Assembly (NCBI GenBank): GCA_038126235.1
Contig: JAYPFK010000035.1
Span: forward strand, 7,982 to 71,981
Source: Verrucomicrobiales bacterium
Lineage (GTDB): Bacteria; Verrucomicrobiota; Verrucomicrobiia; Limisphaerales; JAYPEY01
Length of the DNA stretch: 64,000 nucleotides
Reading direction: 5' to 3'
Under the pieces are notes generated by a model. The model was not told the DNA's origin. It searched no databases and saw nothing but the letters and a program-made list of their open reading frames with translations. Shown one piece after another: positions 1 through 10,400 of the stretch; position 1 is the first letter of the stretch, and each line of letters starts with the position of its first letter. Both the position numbers and the translations under genes were made by a program.

Positions 1-7
1 CACGCGC

Positions 8-1435
8 GTGTTCGCCTTCCTTTTCAGCCTGGCGCTTGCCGCCGTCCAATCCCAAGCAGCCGATCGGCCGAACATCCTGGTGATTGTCTCTGACGACCAG
101 GGCTACCGGGACACCGGGGCCTTCGGTTCGCCGGACATCATCACGCCGAACCTGGACCGCCTTGCGGCCGAGGGCGCGCGGTTGACGAGCTTCTATGTGA
201 CCTGGCCGGCCTGCACGCCTTCGCGGGGCAGCCTGCTGACGGGGCGTTATCCCCAGCGCAACGGGACCTATGACATGTATCGCAACGAGGCTCCCGACTA
301 CGACTACCTCTACAAGCCCGGCGAGTACCGCTACACCTTCGAGCGCGTCGGCGGGATGGACACCCGGGAAATCCTGCTGCCGAAGGCGTTGAAGGCGGGG
401 GGCTACATCAGCGGGATTTACGGCAAATGGGACCTCGGCATCCACAAGCGCTTCCTGCCGCAGGCCCGCGGCTTTGACGACTTCTACGGTTTCGTGAACA
501 CCGGCATCGACTACTACACGCACGAGCGATACGGCATGCATTCGATGTATCGGAACAACTCGCGCACGGAGGAGGACAAGGGGACCTACTGCACCTACCT
601 GTTCGAGCGGAAGGCCCTGACCTTCCTGGACCGGCATCACGAGCGGCCGTTCTTCCTCTACGTGCCGTTCAACGCCCCGCACGGCGCCTCGAACCTCGAC
701 CGGGAGATCCGCAACGGCGGGGCCCAGGCGCCCGACAAGTACAAGTCCATGTATCCGGCGCCGAAGAAGCCGACGCATTCCAAGCGGACGATCAAGGGCA
801 AGGAGTGGTTGGTGCCGAACGCCGACCTTCGCAAGGTCCGTTACCAGGCCGCGGTCACGGGGATGGACGATTCCATCGGCAAGATTCTGGATCGATTGGA
901 GAAACACGGTCACGCCGAGGACACGATCGTGGTCTTTTTCTCGGACAACGGCGGCAGCGGCGCGGCGGACAACTGGCCGCTGAAGGGACACAAGGGGCAG
1001 ATGTGGGAAGGCGGCATCCGCGTGCCGTGCATCGTGCGTTGGCCGGGCGAGGTTCCGGCGGGGACGGTCACCGACGAGTTCCTGACCTCGCTGGAGATCT
1101 TCCCGACCCTGTGCAAGGCGGCGGGCGTTTCGTTGCCGAAGGGCGTGGTCTACGACGGCTTCGACATGCTGCCCGTGCTGCAGGGGAAGATGAAATCCCC
1201 GCGCAAGGAGATGTTCTGGCAGCGTCGAATAGACAAGGGGGCGCGGGTCGGAAACTGGAAGTGGGTGGATTCCACGCGCGGCGGGGGGCTGTATGACCTG
1301 TCGGTCGATATCGGGGAGAAGAAGGACCTCTCGAAGGAGAAGCCGGAAATTCTGAAGATGGTGAAGGCGCGCTTCGCGAACTGGGTGAGGGAGATGGAAG
1401 AGGCGGAGCCTCGGGGGCCGTTCCGGGATTACTGA
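8..1435 (+). CDS. Sulfatase (S1/arylsulfatase family); true start may lie just before the window
   Basis: PNILVIVSDDQG, CTPSRGSLLTGR formylglycine motif, GKWDLG, SDNGG, WEGGIRVP; signal-peptide-like N-terminus. Confidence 0.93.
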   Translation: MFAFLFSLALAAVQSQAADRPNILVIVSDDQGYRDTGAFGSPDIITPNLDRLAAEGARLTSFYVTWPACTPSRGSLLTGRYPQRNGTYDMYRNEAPDYDYLYKPGEYRYTFERVGGMDTREILLPKALKAGGYISGIYGKWDLGIHKRFLPQARGFDDFYGFVNTGIDYYTHERYGMHSMYRNNSRTEEDKGTYCTYLFERKALTFLDRHHERPFFLYVPFNAPHGASNLDREIRNGGAQAPDKYKSMYPAPKKPTHSKRTIKGKEWLVPNADLRKVRYQAAVTGMDDSIGKILDRLEKHGHAEDTIVVFFSDNGGSGAADNWPLKGHKGQMWEGGIRVPCIVRWPGEVPAGTVTDEFLTSLEIFPTLCKAAGVSLPKGVVYDGFDMLPVLQGKMKSPRKEMFWQRRIDKGARVGNWKWVDSTRGGGLYDLSVDIGEKKDLSKEKPEILKMVKARFANWVREMEEAEPRGPFRDY

Positions 1436-2256
1436 CCCGCGTCCTTCTCACCGGACACGCCGCCGCCGGCCTTGGGCTTGGCGTCAGCGGCGTTTTCCTC
1501 CAGCACCAGCGCGCGGAACTCCCAGCCCTTGTTGGGGGCGAGGTTGCCGTTGTAGTCGGAGGTTTCTCCCAAGGGCTGGCCGTTGGAATCAAAGAGGTCG
1601 AACTCCACCTTCACGTTGAAATACTGGACGGGATCGTGATTGGTCACCACGCCCACCACGTAGACCAGACCGCCCTCCTGCGCGCGTTGGATGTTGCTGC
1701 TGAGAAGTTCCAAGCCGCTGCCCTTGCCGACGCTTCCACCGCCGCCGCCCCCGCCTCCCTTCTTCACCAATGCGACGGTCACAAGCACGGCGATGCCCAC
1801 GAGGACGACCGCTCCGACGCCGATGAGCGCAAACATGGTCCCCTTGGATTTGCCGCGTTTGCTGGGAATGCGGGCCTTGTAGAGCCGCTGTTGGGGCGGC
1901 GCTCCGGGAACGGGCGGGGATGGACGGTGGGCTGTCGGCGCGTTGTGGGCGGGTTGCGGCGCGTGGGCCGGCGCGGGCGTCGGGGCCGGGGCTCCCGCTG
2001 CGGCCAGGACCGTCTGGCTTCCGCAATGCGGACACGCGATGGTCGAACCGGCGGCGGCGGTAGGAAAGGAGATGCGACCGTGGCAGCTGGAACAGGCCCC
2101 CTTGATCGTGTCGCTCGGCGGCGCGGAGGGATCGGTCAGGGGGGTGGGTTTGCTGCAGTGTGGGCAGGCGATGGTGCTGCCCATGGCGCCCGAGGGAAAC
2201 TTGATGCGCCCGTGGCAGTGGACGCATGCGCCTTTGATATAATCGTCGTCGCTCAT
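1429..2256 (-). CDS. Membrane-anchored protein: two Zn-ribbon repeats, Pro-rich linker, TM helix, C-terminal FxLYD-like domain
   Basis: Twice IKGACxxCHGRIxFP...STIACPHC; hydrophobic helix FALIGVGAVVLVGIAVLVTVALV; VVGVVTN...VEFDLFDSNGQPLG...LAPNKGWEF. Confidence 0.75.
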   Translation of the reverse strand: MSDDDYIKGACVHCHGRIKFPSGAMGSTIACPHCSKPTPLTDPSAPPSDTIKGACSSCHGRISFPTAAAGSTIACPHCGSQTVLAAAGAPAPTPAPAHAPQPAHNAPTAHRPSPPVPGAPPQQRLYKARIPSKRGKSKGTMFALIGVGAVVLVGIAVLVTVALVKKGGGGGGGGSVGKGSGLELLSSNIQRAQEGGLVYVVGVVTNHDPVQYFNVKVEFDLFDSNGQPLGETSDYNGNLAPNKGWEFRALVLEENAADAKPKAGGGVSGEKDAGQ

Positions 2257-2438
2257 GCGGAATTTGCGTTCTTAGCGCTGCCGCGCGCCATACCGGGGTC
2301 GGGGAATGCCGAGGGCGGGCGGGTTTTCGGAAGGAGGTTTTGTCTCAAGAACCGCCGCGTCCAGCAAACCCTTTTTATGGAAGCCTTCGCGGGAAGGCTC
2401 CCCCCGTCGGTAGCAGGAGCAGCGAAGGAGCCGGACGC

Positions 2439-3422
2439 TCACTCGACGAGACGCCCACGATAGAACCGCCGATTGCGGCCGACGGAGCTCGTGTCCAGGT
2501 GTTCGATCACGCCATCCGAGGCGCTGGCGGTCTTGAGTTCCGTCCAGGAGGTCAAGTCCTCCGACGTCTCGATGGCGTAGGCGGTGTTCCCGAGGCCGGT
2601 CAGGCGCAGTAGGGTTTCCCCGCTCTTCAGGCATTCGAGGATGGTCAGGCTCGGCGTCGGATCCGGCGGAGCCGCCGCCGTGATCGTGTAGTTGTCAAAC
2701 GCCATGAAATTGTCCCCCGGAAGATCCGGATCGAGGTAGGCCCAGACAGCGTCGATGTCGCCAAGGTTGAGCGGGGCTCCGGTCGTGGTGATGGGCTGCG
2801 CTTCCAGCAGGACGGCCGAATCGAGTCGGGCGGACCACAGGTTGTTTGCGAAGTCCATCACGATCTCCAAGGTATAGATGGTGTCCCGGAGAAAGGAGTA
2901 GGGGGTGGCGCGGAAGCCGACTTGATCGTCGAGGATGTAACAGATCTCGGTGGTGTTGTTGTTGAAGGCCACGGTGAACAGCCGGTTGCCCTGCGTGTTG
3001 TAGGCGCTCCAGCGAAAGTCGTCGCGTTTGTCGTTGGTGGAGTCGGAGATTTCCATGTCAACGGTGAAGGTGACGATGGGACGTCCCTCGGCGACGGGGG
3101 CGTAGTTCACCGGCCTCCACAGCGAGGTGGCCAACTCCCCTTCGTTCAACGGTTCGAAAGTCCCCAGGTAGCCTTGGACGCCTTCGCCGGGGAACCTCCC
3201 CGGGAGCAGTCCATTCCCGCCCGTGCCTTCCGCGACCCAGCCATTCTGCCCGGCAAGTTCGAAGCCCTCGTCGTAATCCTCCGCGGCTTCAAACGCCGTT
3301 GAGTAGACCGTGACCGAATCCTGCGCGGCGGCGAACCGGGTTCCCGACAACGTCAGCAATGCGATCGCCGCGAGTTGCGCGACAACGCGGAAGCGGATGA
3401 GGATGGCGGTTCGGGATTTCAT
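2439..3422 (-). CDS. Secreted hypothetical protein (lectin/LamG-like core) with a PVC-type C-terminal domain
   Basis: Signal peptide ending AAAQ; C-terminus YAIETSEDLTSW...RRFYRGRLVE, of the kind I recognise in Verrucomicrobia secreted proteins. Confidence 0.7.
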   Translation of the reverse strand: MKSRTAILIRFRVVAQLAAIALLTLSGTRFAAAQDSVTVYSTAFEAAEDYDEGFELAGQNGWVAEGTGGNGLLPGRFPGEGVQGYLGTFEPLNEGELATSLWRPVNYAPVAEGRPIVTFTVDMEISDSTNDKRDDFRWSAYNTQGNRLFTVAFNNNTTEICYILDDQVGFRATPYSFLRDTIYTLEIVMDFANNLWSARLDSAVLLEAQPITTTGAPLNLGDIDAVWAYLDPDLPGDNFMAFDNYTITAAAPPDPTPSLTILECLKSGETLLRLTGLGNTAYAIETSEDLTSWTELKTASASDGVIEHLDTSSVGRNRRFYRGRLVE

Positions 3423-3444
3423 GGTTCAGGCGAGGGCTCCGGCC

Positions 3445-6042
3445 CTATTTGCGCGAGGGGCGGGGGCTTGAACCCGGGGTGGGGTTGGAAGAAGGGCGGG
3501 AGGGAGCCGCGGCCGGCCGCGAAGGGGACACCGATGGCCGCGAAGGGACCGTGAGTTTTTGCGGGGAGCTGAAAGGGGTGGCGGGGCGGCCTACCGGCGT
3601 GCGGGAAGGCGTGGGCACAGACCGGAATGTGGATTGGGGCGCGATGCGGGTCGGGGCCGGGGCGGGGCGGCTGAACGTGGGGTTCAATGGACTCGGTCGG
3701 GACGGCGCTTGTGAGGAGAAACTGCCGGAATGTCCGGAGACGCTCGGCACAGTCAGTCGCTGTGACGGCGTCGTCGTTCGCGGAGCGCTGTAGTGGTTGA
3801 AGTTCGGCGTCGGCCGGTTCTGGATCGCGGAGCGGGGATTCTGAAAGCCTGTGATGGGCCTGGAAACGGACGAGGACGGTTGCGAGACGGTCGGGGCTGG
3901 CTGGCTGGACGGCGAAGGCGTGCGGCGGACAACGGTCCGGGATGGAGTCTGATAGCTGGGCGAAGGCGTCGGGCGACGTGTCACTGTGGAATTCACCCTG
4001 AGCCCCGTGGAACCTGTCGGTTGAGGGCGGCCGGAGGTCAGCGGAGCTGCTCCCAACGGGGAGCGCGGGCTTGAACCGGGGGCGCGGACGATGGAAACAG
4101 GCTTCGGGGCGGCTGGTTTGACCGGGGTCGAAGTGACGGGGCTGGGCGGGGTGAGAGCCTTGGCTCCCAGGGCCGGCGGCTTCGGCGTGGAGGTGACCGG
4201 TTTCGGCGGGGTGAGCCCGCCGACCGCGATGCGTGGGGCGGTTGGGGTTGATGTCACCGGCCGCGGCGCGGCGACCGAGCGAGGCGCCGGGCTGGAAGCG
4301 GATGGCCTGGACGTGACGGGCTTGGGGGCCGTCAGACCTCCGACGCTGGCGCGCGGCGTACTCGGGGTTGAAGTCACGGGCTTCGGGGGGCTCGTCCTGG
4401 AGAGGACGGAGGGCGCGAAGGAAGCGGCAGCCCTTGGTTGCGCAGCTCCTTTGCGGGAAGGCGTGGATGCTGACGTTCGGCCCATGGATTGGGGGCGTTG
4501 GTCTGGAATCGCGGACTTTCGGGCCGGCTCGCCGAAGGACTTCGCGATTGCGGGAGTCGTCCGCGAAGGCCCGATCGTTGTGCGGGCCCCGGACGGTGAA
4601 GGCGCTGCGGAGCCGGCCGACGGGGCTCGTCTGGGTTCGGCCTGGGCGCGACTGGTGACTTTGGAGCCCGGGGCCGAGGCGGCCGAGCGTCGGAGACCGC
4701 CGCGATAGATCGCGAGGTCGTCGCCGTTTCGCACGACGCGATCCGGGCGAATCACGGAGCGGCCGCCGGCCGGTTGATCGACGACGCGCACGCGCCGGAT
4801 CTCCTCCCGGCTCAGTCGGGCGACCTCATCCCGGGGGACACCGCGGTTGACGACTGTCCGGCTGCGGTCATGGTGGTGCTCGTTGATCACCCGGGTCCGG
4901 GAATGGACGGAGCGCGCGTGGTTTCGGGCCACGAAATGTTGGCGAGGGTGATGCGAATGGAAATGTCTCAGGGGGACGTAGCAGTAGTCCGAGTAACTGA
5001 GGCCCCAGTCGAAGTGAACGGCGACAAGCGAGTCGTGCCAGACGAATCCGAAACCGCTGCGGTAGCGGGCCGCGGGAGGCAGCGGCGCCCAGCCGCAATA
5101 GTCGGAGGAGCGACGCCAGCTGACCCACGCTGGACCCCAGGTTCCACCCGGTGTCCAAACCCAGCCGTAATGGGAGTGGCGATGCCAGCGGCCGTAGTGG
5201 AATGGCGCCCATCCCCAGGAGTAATCCGACTGCCAATACCAGCCGTTGTCGGTATAGAGCCAGCGGCCGCGATCTCCGTAGGGCCGCCAACCCGTGTTCA
5301 CCACCGCGACTGAAGGTTGCCAGCACAGGCCGTAGGGGGCGATATCGACCCAGGTTCCGTAGGGGGCAAGCACGGGTTGGAAGTAGGCGACGGGTTGCTC
5401 GACCTCGTAGACCACGGTCTGAGGTTGCGCTTGTTCCACCACCACGATCTGCTGAGGCTGCTCGACCACCACGGGGGTGGGTTGCGCGACCTGTGGTTGA
5501 ACGGCCGCATTCGGGGTTTCCACGACGACGGCGGGAGATTCAGGAGCCCCCGTCGGAGCCGCTCCTGCAATGACCTGATCGTTGGATCCCTCGCTTTCCG
5601 AGGGTTTGTCCGATTTCTGGATCAAGGCGTTGATGACATTCTCCGAAACGCCGATGTCGGCGAGGAAGACGAGTTCGTCTGCGGTGGGATTGAAGGCGGT
5701 CCTGGAGCCAGCGATGTAGTTGAGGAGGACCTCCTCGCCGACCTGGGCCTGCGCCAGTTTGGCGAGTTCAGCGACAGCCGGGGACAGTTCGGGAGCGGAA
5801 ACGGGCATTTCAATCGGCGCCGCCGGGGCCGGGATCACCACGGACTCCGGGGCGTTCGGAGCCGCCGGGGCCTCGGCGACGGGGGCGGCAGTCGCGGCTT
5901 GCGCGGCAACCGGCTGCGAGAACTGGTGAATCCGGTAGGGATGGCTGGTGGAAACGGTCTCGCGGTAGTAGCAGGCGGTCGCGAGCGAGAGGAGAGCGAC
6001 GGCGGCGCCGATCCTGGTTCCTTGGCTGAGGCTTTTTTTCAT
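3445..6042 (-). CDS. DUF6600-like lipoprotein with a long Pro/Ser/Thr-rich tail
   Basis: Lipobox-like LSLATAC; LAPYGTWV...GWRPY...GRW..TDNGWYWQSDYSWGWAPFHYGRW...WGPAWVSWR...GWAPLPP; repeated PKPVTSTP units. Confidence 0.8.
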   Translation of the reverse strand: MKKSLSQGTRIGAAVALLSLATACYYRETVSTSHPYRIHQFSQPVAAQAATAAPVAEAPAAPNAPESVVIPAPAAPIEMPVSAPELSPAVAELAKLAQAQVGEEVLLNYIAGSRTAFNPTADELVFLADIGVSENVINALIQKSDKPSESEGSNDQVIAGAAPTGAPESPAVVVETPNAAVQPQVAQPTPVVVEQPQQIVVVEQAQPQTVVYEVEQPVAYFQPVLAPYGTWVDIAPYGLCWQPSVAVVNTGWRPYGDRGRWLYTDNGWYWQSDYSWGWAPFHYGRWHRHSHYGWVWTPGGTWGPAWVSWRRSSDYCGWAPLPPAARYRSGFGFVWHDSLVAVHFDWGLSYSDYCYVPLRHFHSHHPRQHFVARNHARSVHSRTRVINEHHHDRSRTVVNRGVPRDEVARLSREEIRRVRVVDQPAGGRSVIRPDRVVRNGDDLAIYRGGLRRSAASAPGSKVTSRAQAEPRRAPSAGSAAPSPSGARTTIGPSRTTPAIAKSFGEPARKSAIPDQRPQSMGRTSASTPSRKGAAQPRAAASFAPSVLSRTSPPKPVTSTPSTPRASVGGLTAPKPVTSRPSASSPAPRSVAAPRPVTSTPTAPRIAVGGLTPPKPVTSTPKPPALGAKALTPPSPVTSTPVKPAAPKPVSIVRAPGSSPRSPLGAAPLTSGRPQPTGSTGLRVNSTVTRRPTPSPSYQTPSRTVVRRTPSPSSQPAPTVSQPSSSVSRPITGFQNPRSAIQNRPTPNFNHYSAPRTTTPSQRLTVPSVSGHSGSFSSQAPSRPSPLNPTFSRPAPAPTRIAPQSTFRSVPTPSRTPVGRPATPFSSPQKLTVPSRPSVSPSRPAAAPSRPSSNPTPGSSPRPSRK

Positions 6043-6301
6043 GGCTTGTCTCCGGTTTCAGGCGGCGCCGTGGCGCCTGGTGCTTGTCTCTATGAAGTCC
6101 CGACTTGAGACATCCGGACGCTATTCAAGGCGTATGGGAAAATTAGGCACATTTTTGTGTTCCATTAATCGATTGAATCGATGGTTGGCGCCGAAGACGG
6201 ACGATTCACGCCGTAAATCGAGAAAAAGGGGTTGGAAAACGGGCCGCTCTTGCGGAAACTTCCCGGTCCCCAAGAAAACACGATCTGCAGAAAACGAATA
6301 C

Positions 6302-7432
6302 ATGAACGCGACCGAAACACCGGTGGAAATCAGCGACCCGATCAACCAGAAGATCCTGGAAGTGTCGGAGGACCAGATTCAGGGCTTTCAACGCGACCCC
6401 TTGGGCGAGATCTCTCGCCTTTCGGGCGTGGAACTCGACACGGTCATTGAGCGCATCCAGGCAATGCTGCGGGCGGGGACGATCCGCCGGGTGCGACAGA
6501 CCCTGCTCGCGACGAATCTCGCCGAAGGCGCGCTCGTGGCCTGGGAAGTTCCGCAGGAGAAACTCGACGCGTCTTTCAACACCTTGTTTGAGGACGACCC
6601 GTTTTCCGGCCACGTCGTCACCCGCTCCACGGACGCCGCTTCGCCGGGATCGACCTACAAGCTCTGGACGACGCTGAAGGTGCCGCAGGGGTATGCGATG
6701 GAGAAACACGCCGAGTGGTGGCGGAAGAAGATCGGGGCCAAGCATTTCCGGTTGATGCCGGCGAAGCGGCTGTTTGCCTTGGGCGTCGGCCACATGCGGC
6801 GGCGCGGCATGCCGCCGGGAAGCCGGGCCGATGAACCCGCGGAGGCCGTCGAGGTTTCGATCGCCACCCTGACCGACGCGGAATGGCGCATCCTGACAGC
6901 CTTGAAGCGCGAATTTGAGCCGGAGGAACTGAAGGCGAATCTCTGGGACGCGCGGGCGGAAGAGGCCGGCGTGCCGCTGGAGGAATTCTGCACGGTCGCC
7001 GAGGATCTGAACAAGCGGAAGGTCATCGGCCGCTTCTCGACCTTTCTGGAACACGTCAAACGTCTGGCCACTGGCGAGCGCGTCACCAAGTTCAACGCCC
7101 TGTTCCACTGGGCTGTGCCTGCGGGGCGTGAGATTGAGGCGGGCGCCGAGGTGGGGCGACATCACATCATGACCCACGCCTATTGGCGCGAGGGGGGAGA
7201 GGAATTCCGCAACGTCAACATCATGGGCGTGATCCATGGCACCAGCAAGGAGACCGTGCTGGAGCACAAGGCGGCCATCGACGCGCACCTGGAGGAGATG
7301 GGGATGCCGGTCAGTTACACAAACGTATTTTGGGGAGGACGCAGCGAGATCAAGCCCTCCGAGATCTCCCCGCTGGCCTACGTGGACTGGTGCAAGGCGA
7401 ATGGCATCGATCCTGAGTCGATGCGCGCTTGA
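6302..7432 (+). CDS. Lrp/AsnC-fold protein resembling fused siroheme decarboxylase AhbA/AhbB (NirDL/GH)
   Basis: Two tandem HTH + AsnC-like halves (GTIRRV.../KVIGRFS), NALFHWAVP, THAYWRE; ATG at 6302 preferred over the 6041 extension. Confidence 0.7.
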   Translation: MNATETPVEISDPINQKILEVSEDQIQGFQRDPLGEISRLSGVELDTVIERIQAMLRAGTIRRVRQTLLATNLAEGALVAWEVPQEKLDASFNTLFEDDPFSGHVVTRSTDAASPGSTYKLWTTLKVPQGYAMEKHAEWWRKKIGAKHFRLMPAKRLFALGVGHMRRRGMPPGSRADEPAEAVEVSIATLTDAEWRILTALKREFEPEELKANLWDARAEEAGVPLEEFCTVAEDLNKRKVIGRFSTFLEHVKRLATGERVTKFNALFHWAVPAGREIEAGAEVGRHHIMTHAYWREGGEEFRNVNIMGVIHGTSKETVLEHKAAIDAHLEEMGMPVSYTNVFWGGRSEIKPSEISPLAYVDWCKANGIDPESMRA

Positions 7433-10400
7433 TGAAGTTTTCGGAGCCCATAGCCATCGTAGGGCTGGGCGGTATTTTTCCCGGTTCTCCCACGTTGGAG
7501 GACTACTGGGAAAATGTCGCCCAAGGGGTGGACGCCGCGCGCGAGGTTCCTGACGGGCGATGGACGGTCGCGGCGAAGGATGCCCATGACCCGACGCCCG
7601 GCGCGCCGGACAAGGTCTACTCCACGCGAGGGTGTTTCATTGAGGGATTTGAGTTGGATGTCGACGGTCTGGCGTTGGATGTGGATTTCATCCGCTCGCT
7701 CGACCCCATGTTCCACCTGTTGCTCCACTCCGGCCGGCAGGCTTGGACCGGCGCGGAAATGGGGGAGATCGATCGATCCAAGGTCGGCGTGATCCTCGGC
7801 AACATCGCCCTGCCGACGGACTCTTCCTCGGCGTTGAATGATGAGGTCCTGGCTCCGGTTTTTGAGGAGAGGTTGTTTCCTGCCGGTCGTATCAGCGGAC
7901 ATGAGGAGGCTCAGGCTGATTTGGCAAAGGCGAGCGGGAGCTTCCTTCCGTCGGCTCCTGCAGGCGGGATTGAACCGCTGAACCGCTGGGTCGCCGGCCT
8001 GCCCGGCAATGTCCTGGCCAAGGCTTTGAATCTCGGCGGCGGCGCCTACACGTTGGACGCCGCCTGCGCCTCCTCGCTTTACGCGGTCAAGTTGGCCTGT
8101 GACGAACTGCTCGCGGGTCGCGCCGACGCCATGCTCACCGGAGGCCTGTCCCGGCCGGACTGCCAATACACCCAGATGGGCTTCGCCCAGTTGACCGCGC
8201 TTTCCCGGACCGGCCGCTGCTCGCCCTTCGATTCGAAAGGCGACGGCCTCGTGGTCGGTGAAGGCTCGGGGATCGTGGTCCTGAAGCGGTTGGCCGATGC
8301 CCTGGCGGCCGGCGACGAAATCCACGCGGTGATCAAGGGCATCGGGCTTTCCAACGATATCGAGGGCAACCTCCTGGCTCCCGCATCGGAGGGGCAGCTT
8401 CGCGCCATGCGCGCGGCCTACGCCGAGGCCGGCTGGACGCCGGACATGGTGGACCTGGTCGAGTGCCATGCCACCGGCACTCCGATCGGCGACGCCGTGG
8501 AGTTCAACAGCCTGAAGGAACTCTGGGGCGACCGGCGGATCGAGGGACGGAAGTGCGCGCTCGGCGCGGCCAAGGCGAATGTCGGGCACCTGCTCACCGG
8601 CGCCGGCGCGGCGGGATTGATCCGCGCGTTGTTGGCGATGAAGAACCGGACGCTGCCGCCAATCGCGAACTTCGAGCAGGCCGGGGAAAAAATCGACCTG
8701 GAGAACAGCCCTTTTGCTGCCTTGTCGGAAGCCTGTGACTGGGACCCGCGCGACGAGCAAACCCCGCGCCGCGCCGCGATCAGCGCCTTCGGTTTCGGCG
8801 GCATTAACGCCCACGTCCTCATCGAGGAATGGACCGGCGCGAGATCGAAGGCAAAGCGCAAGGCTCCAAACAAGCGCACGAAGTCCAAGTCAGGCGACAC
8901 GCAATCCGCAACACGCCCCCCCATCGCCATCGTCGGCATGGACGCGTGCTTCGGCCCTTGGACGGATCTGCGGCAGTTCCAGGAGCGCGTTTTCGGCGGC
9001 GGACCGGAGGTGGAACCGACGTTCAAGCGCGACTGGTTCGGCGTGGACGGCGGCGAATGGCTCAAGGCGCGCGGAACGGGAGCGGAGCGTTTCAGGGGGT
9101 ACTACCTCGACGACCTCAAGATCCCGCTGAACCGCTATCGCATTCCGCCCAAGGAACTGGAGGAGATGCTGCCGCAGCAGTTGCTGATGTTGCAGGTTGC
9201 GGCGGGAGCGCTGAAGGACGCGGCTTGGGAAAAGGCGGACGGCCTCAGGACCGGAGCCTTCATCGGCATCGAGTTGGACATGGAGACGAACCGTTTCCAC
9301 TTCCGCTGGTCCTTGCTGAACCGCGCCCGGGAATGGGCCAAGGCTCAGGGGCTTTCGCTGTCCGATGATGAACTGGCCCAATGGACGGGCGCGCTGCGCG
9401 AAAGCTCCGGACCGGCCCTGAACGCCAATCGCACCATGGGAGCCTTGGGCGGCATCGTTGCCAGCCGGTTGGCGCGCGAGTTCAAGATCGGCGGGCCGTG
9501 TCACACGATTTCGAGTGAAGAGTCGTCCGGCATGCGGGCGTTGGAGGCGGCCGTTCGCGCGTTGCAGCAGGGCGAACTGGACCATGCCCTGGTCGGCGCG
9601 GTGGACCTTTCCGGCGATGTGCGCGCGGTTCTGGCGACGAACGCGAACGGCGAGTCGATTCCGGGAGAGGGCGCGGCGGCGTTGGTCTTGAAGCGGCTCG
9701 ATGACGCCGTTCGCGACGGCGACCGGGTCTATTCCGTCATCCGTGGATTGGGCGCGGCCTCGGGCGGGGGAGAGGACCGCCTCGCGCCGACCGCTGGAGC
9801 CTGCGAGTCCGCCTTGCGCCGGGGCTACGAAGACGCCGGCGTTGATCCTGCCTCGGTCGAGTACCTGGAGACACATGGCGGCGCACATTCGAAGGAGATC
9901 GAAGCGGAAGCGACAGGGGTGAAGTCCTTCTTCGGCGGGGGCGAACGCGAACGCTCGTTGAAACTGGGAGCCGTCGAACCGCAGATCGGCCGCGCCGGGG
10001 CAGCATCGGCGTTGGCGTCCGTCGTGAAGGCCAGCTTGGCGGTCTATCAGGAAATGCTGCCGGCCACGCCTTCGACTGGCGGAATCGGATCGGCCTTGGC
10101 GTCGGGGGATCGTCGTTTTCGCAGCCCGGAGAAGCCGCAAAGCTGGCTGCGGGATCGGATCGAGGGTCCTCGCCGCGCGGGAGTGACGACCTTCGGCGTG
10201 GGCGGAACCTGTGCGCATGTCGTGCTGGAGGCGTTGGAAGGACAGACTTCCGAGCGGGTTGAATTGGAACGTCGGCAGCCGCTCGGCTCTCGCGGTGAAG
10301 CCTTGTTCGTGGTCCGCGGGGATGACGCTGAAGGCTTGAGGGAGGGGCTGAATGACTTGCGCACGGTTGCGGCGCAACGTGATGGACTGGGGATTGAGGC

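Noticed and set aside
3445-4700. Pro/Ser/Thr repeats in the DUF6600-like gene as a DNA repeat element
   Set aside because: Explained by low-complexity protein sequence (PKPVTSTP units) with synonymous variation
6041-6301. N-terminal extensions in the ORF track (also 18451, 24234, 31981, 41123, 50173, 54833, 54988)
   Set aside because: They run through promoter or REP DNA or overlap other genes; downstream starts fit the family N-termini better
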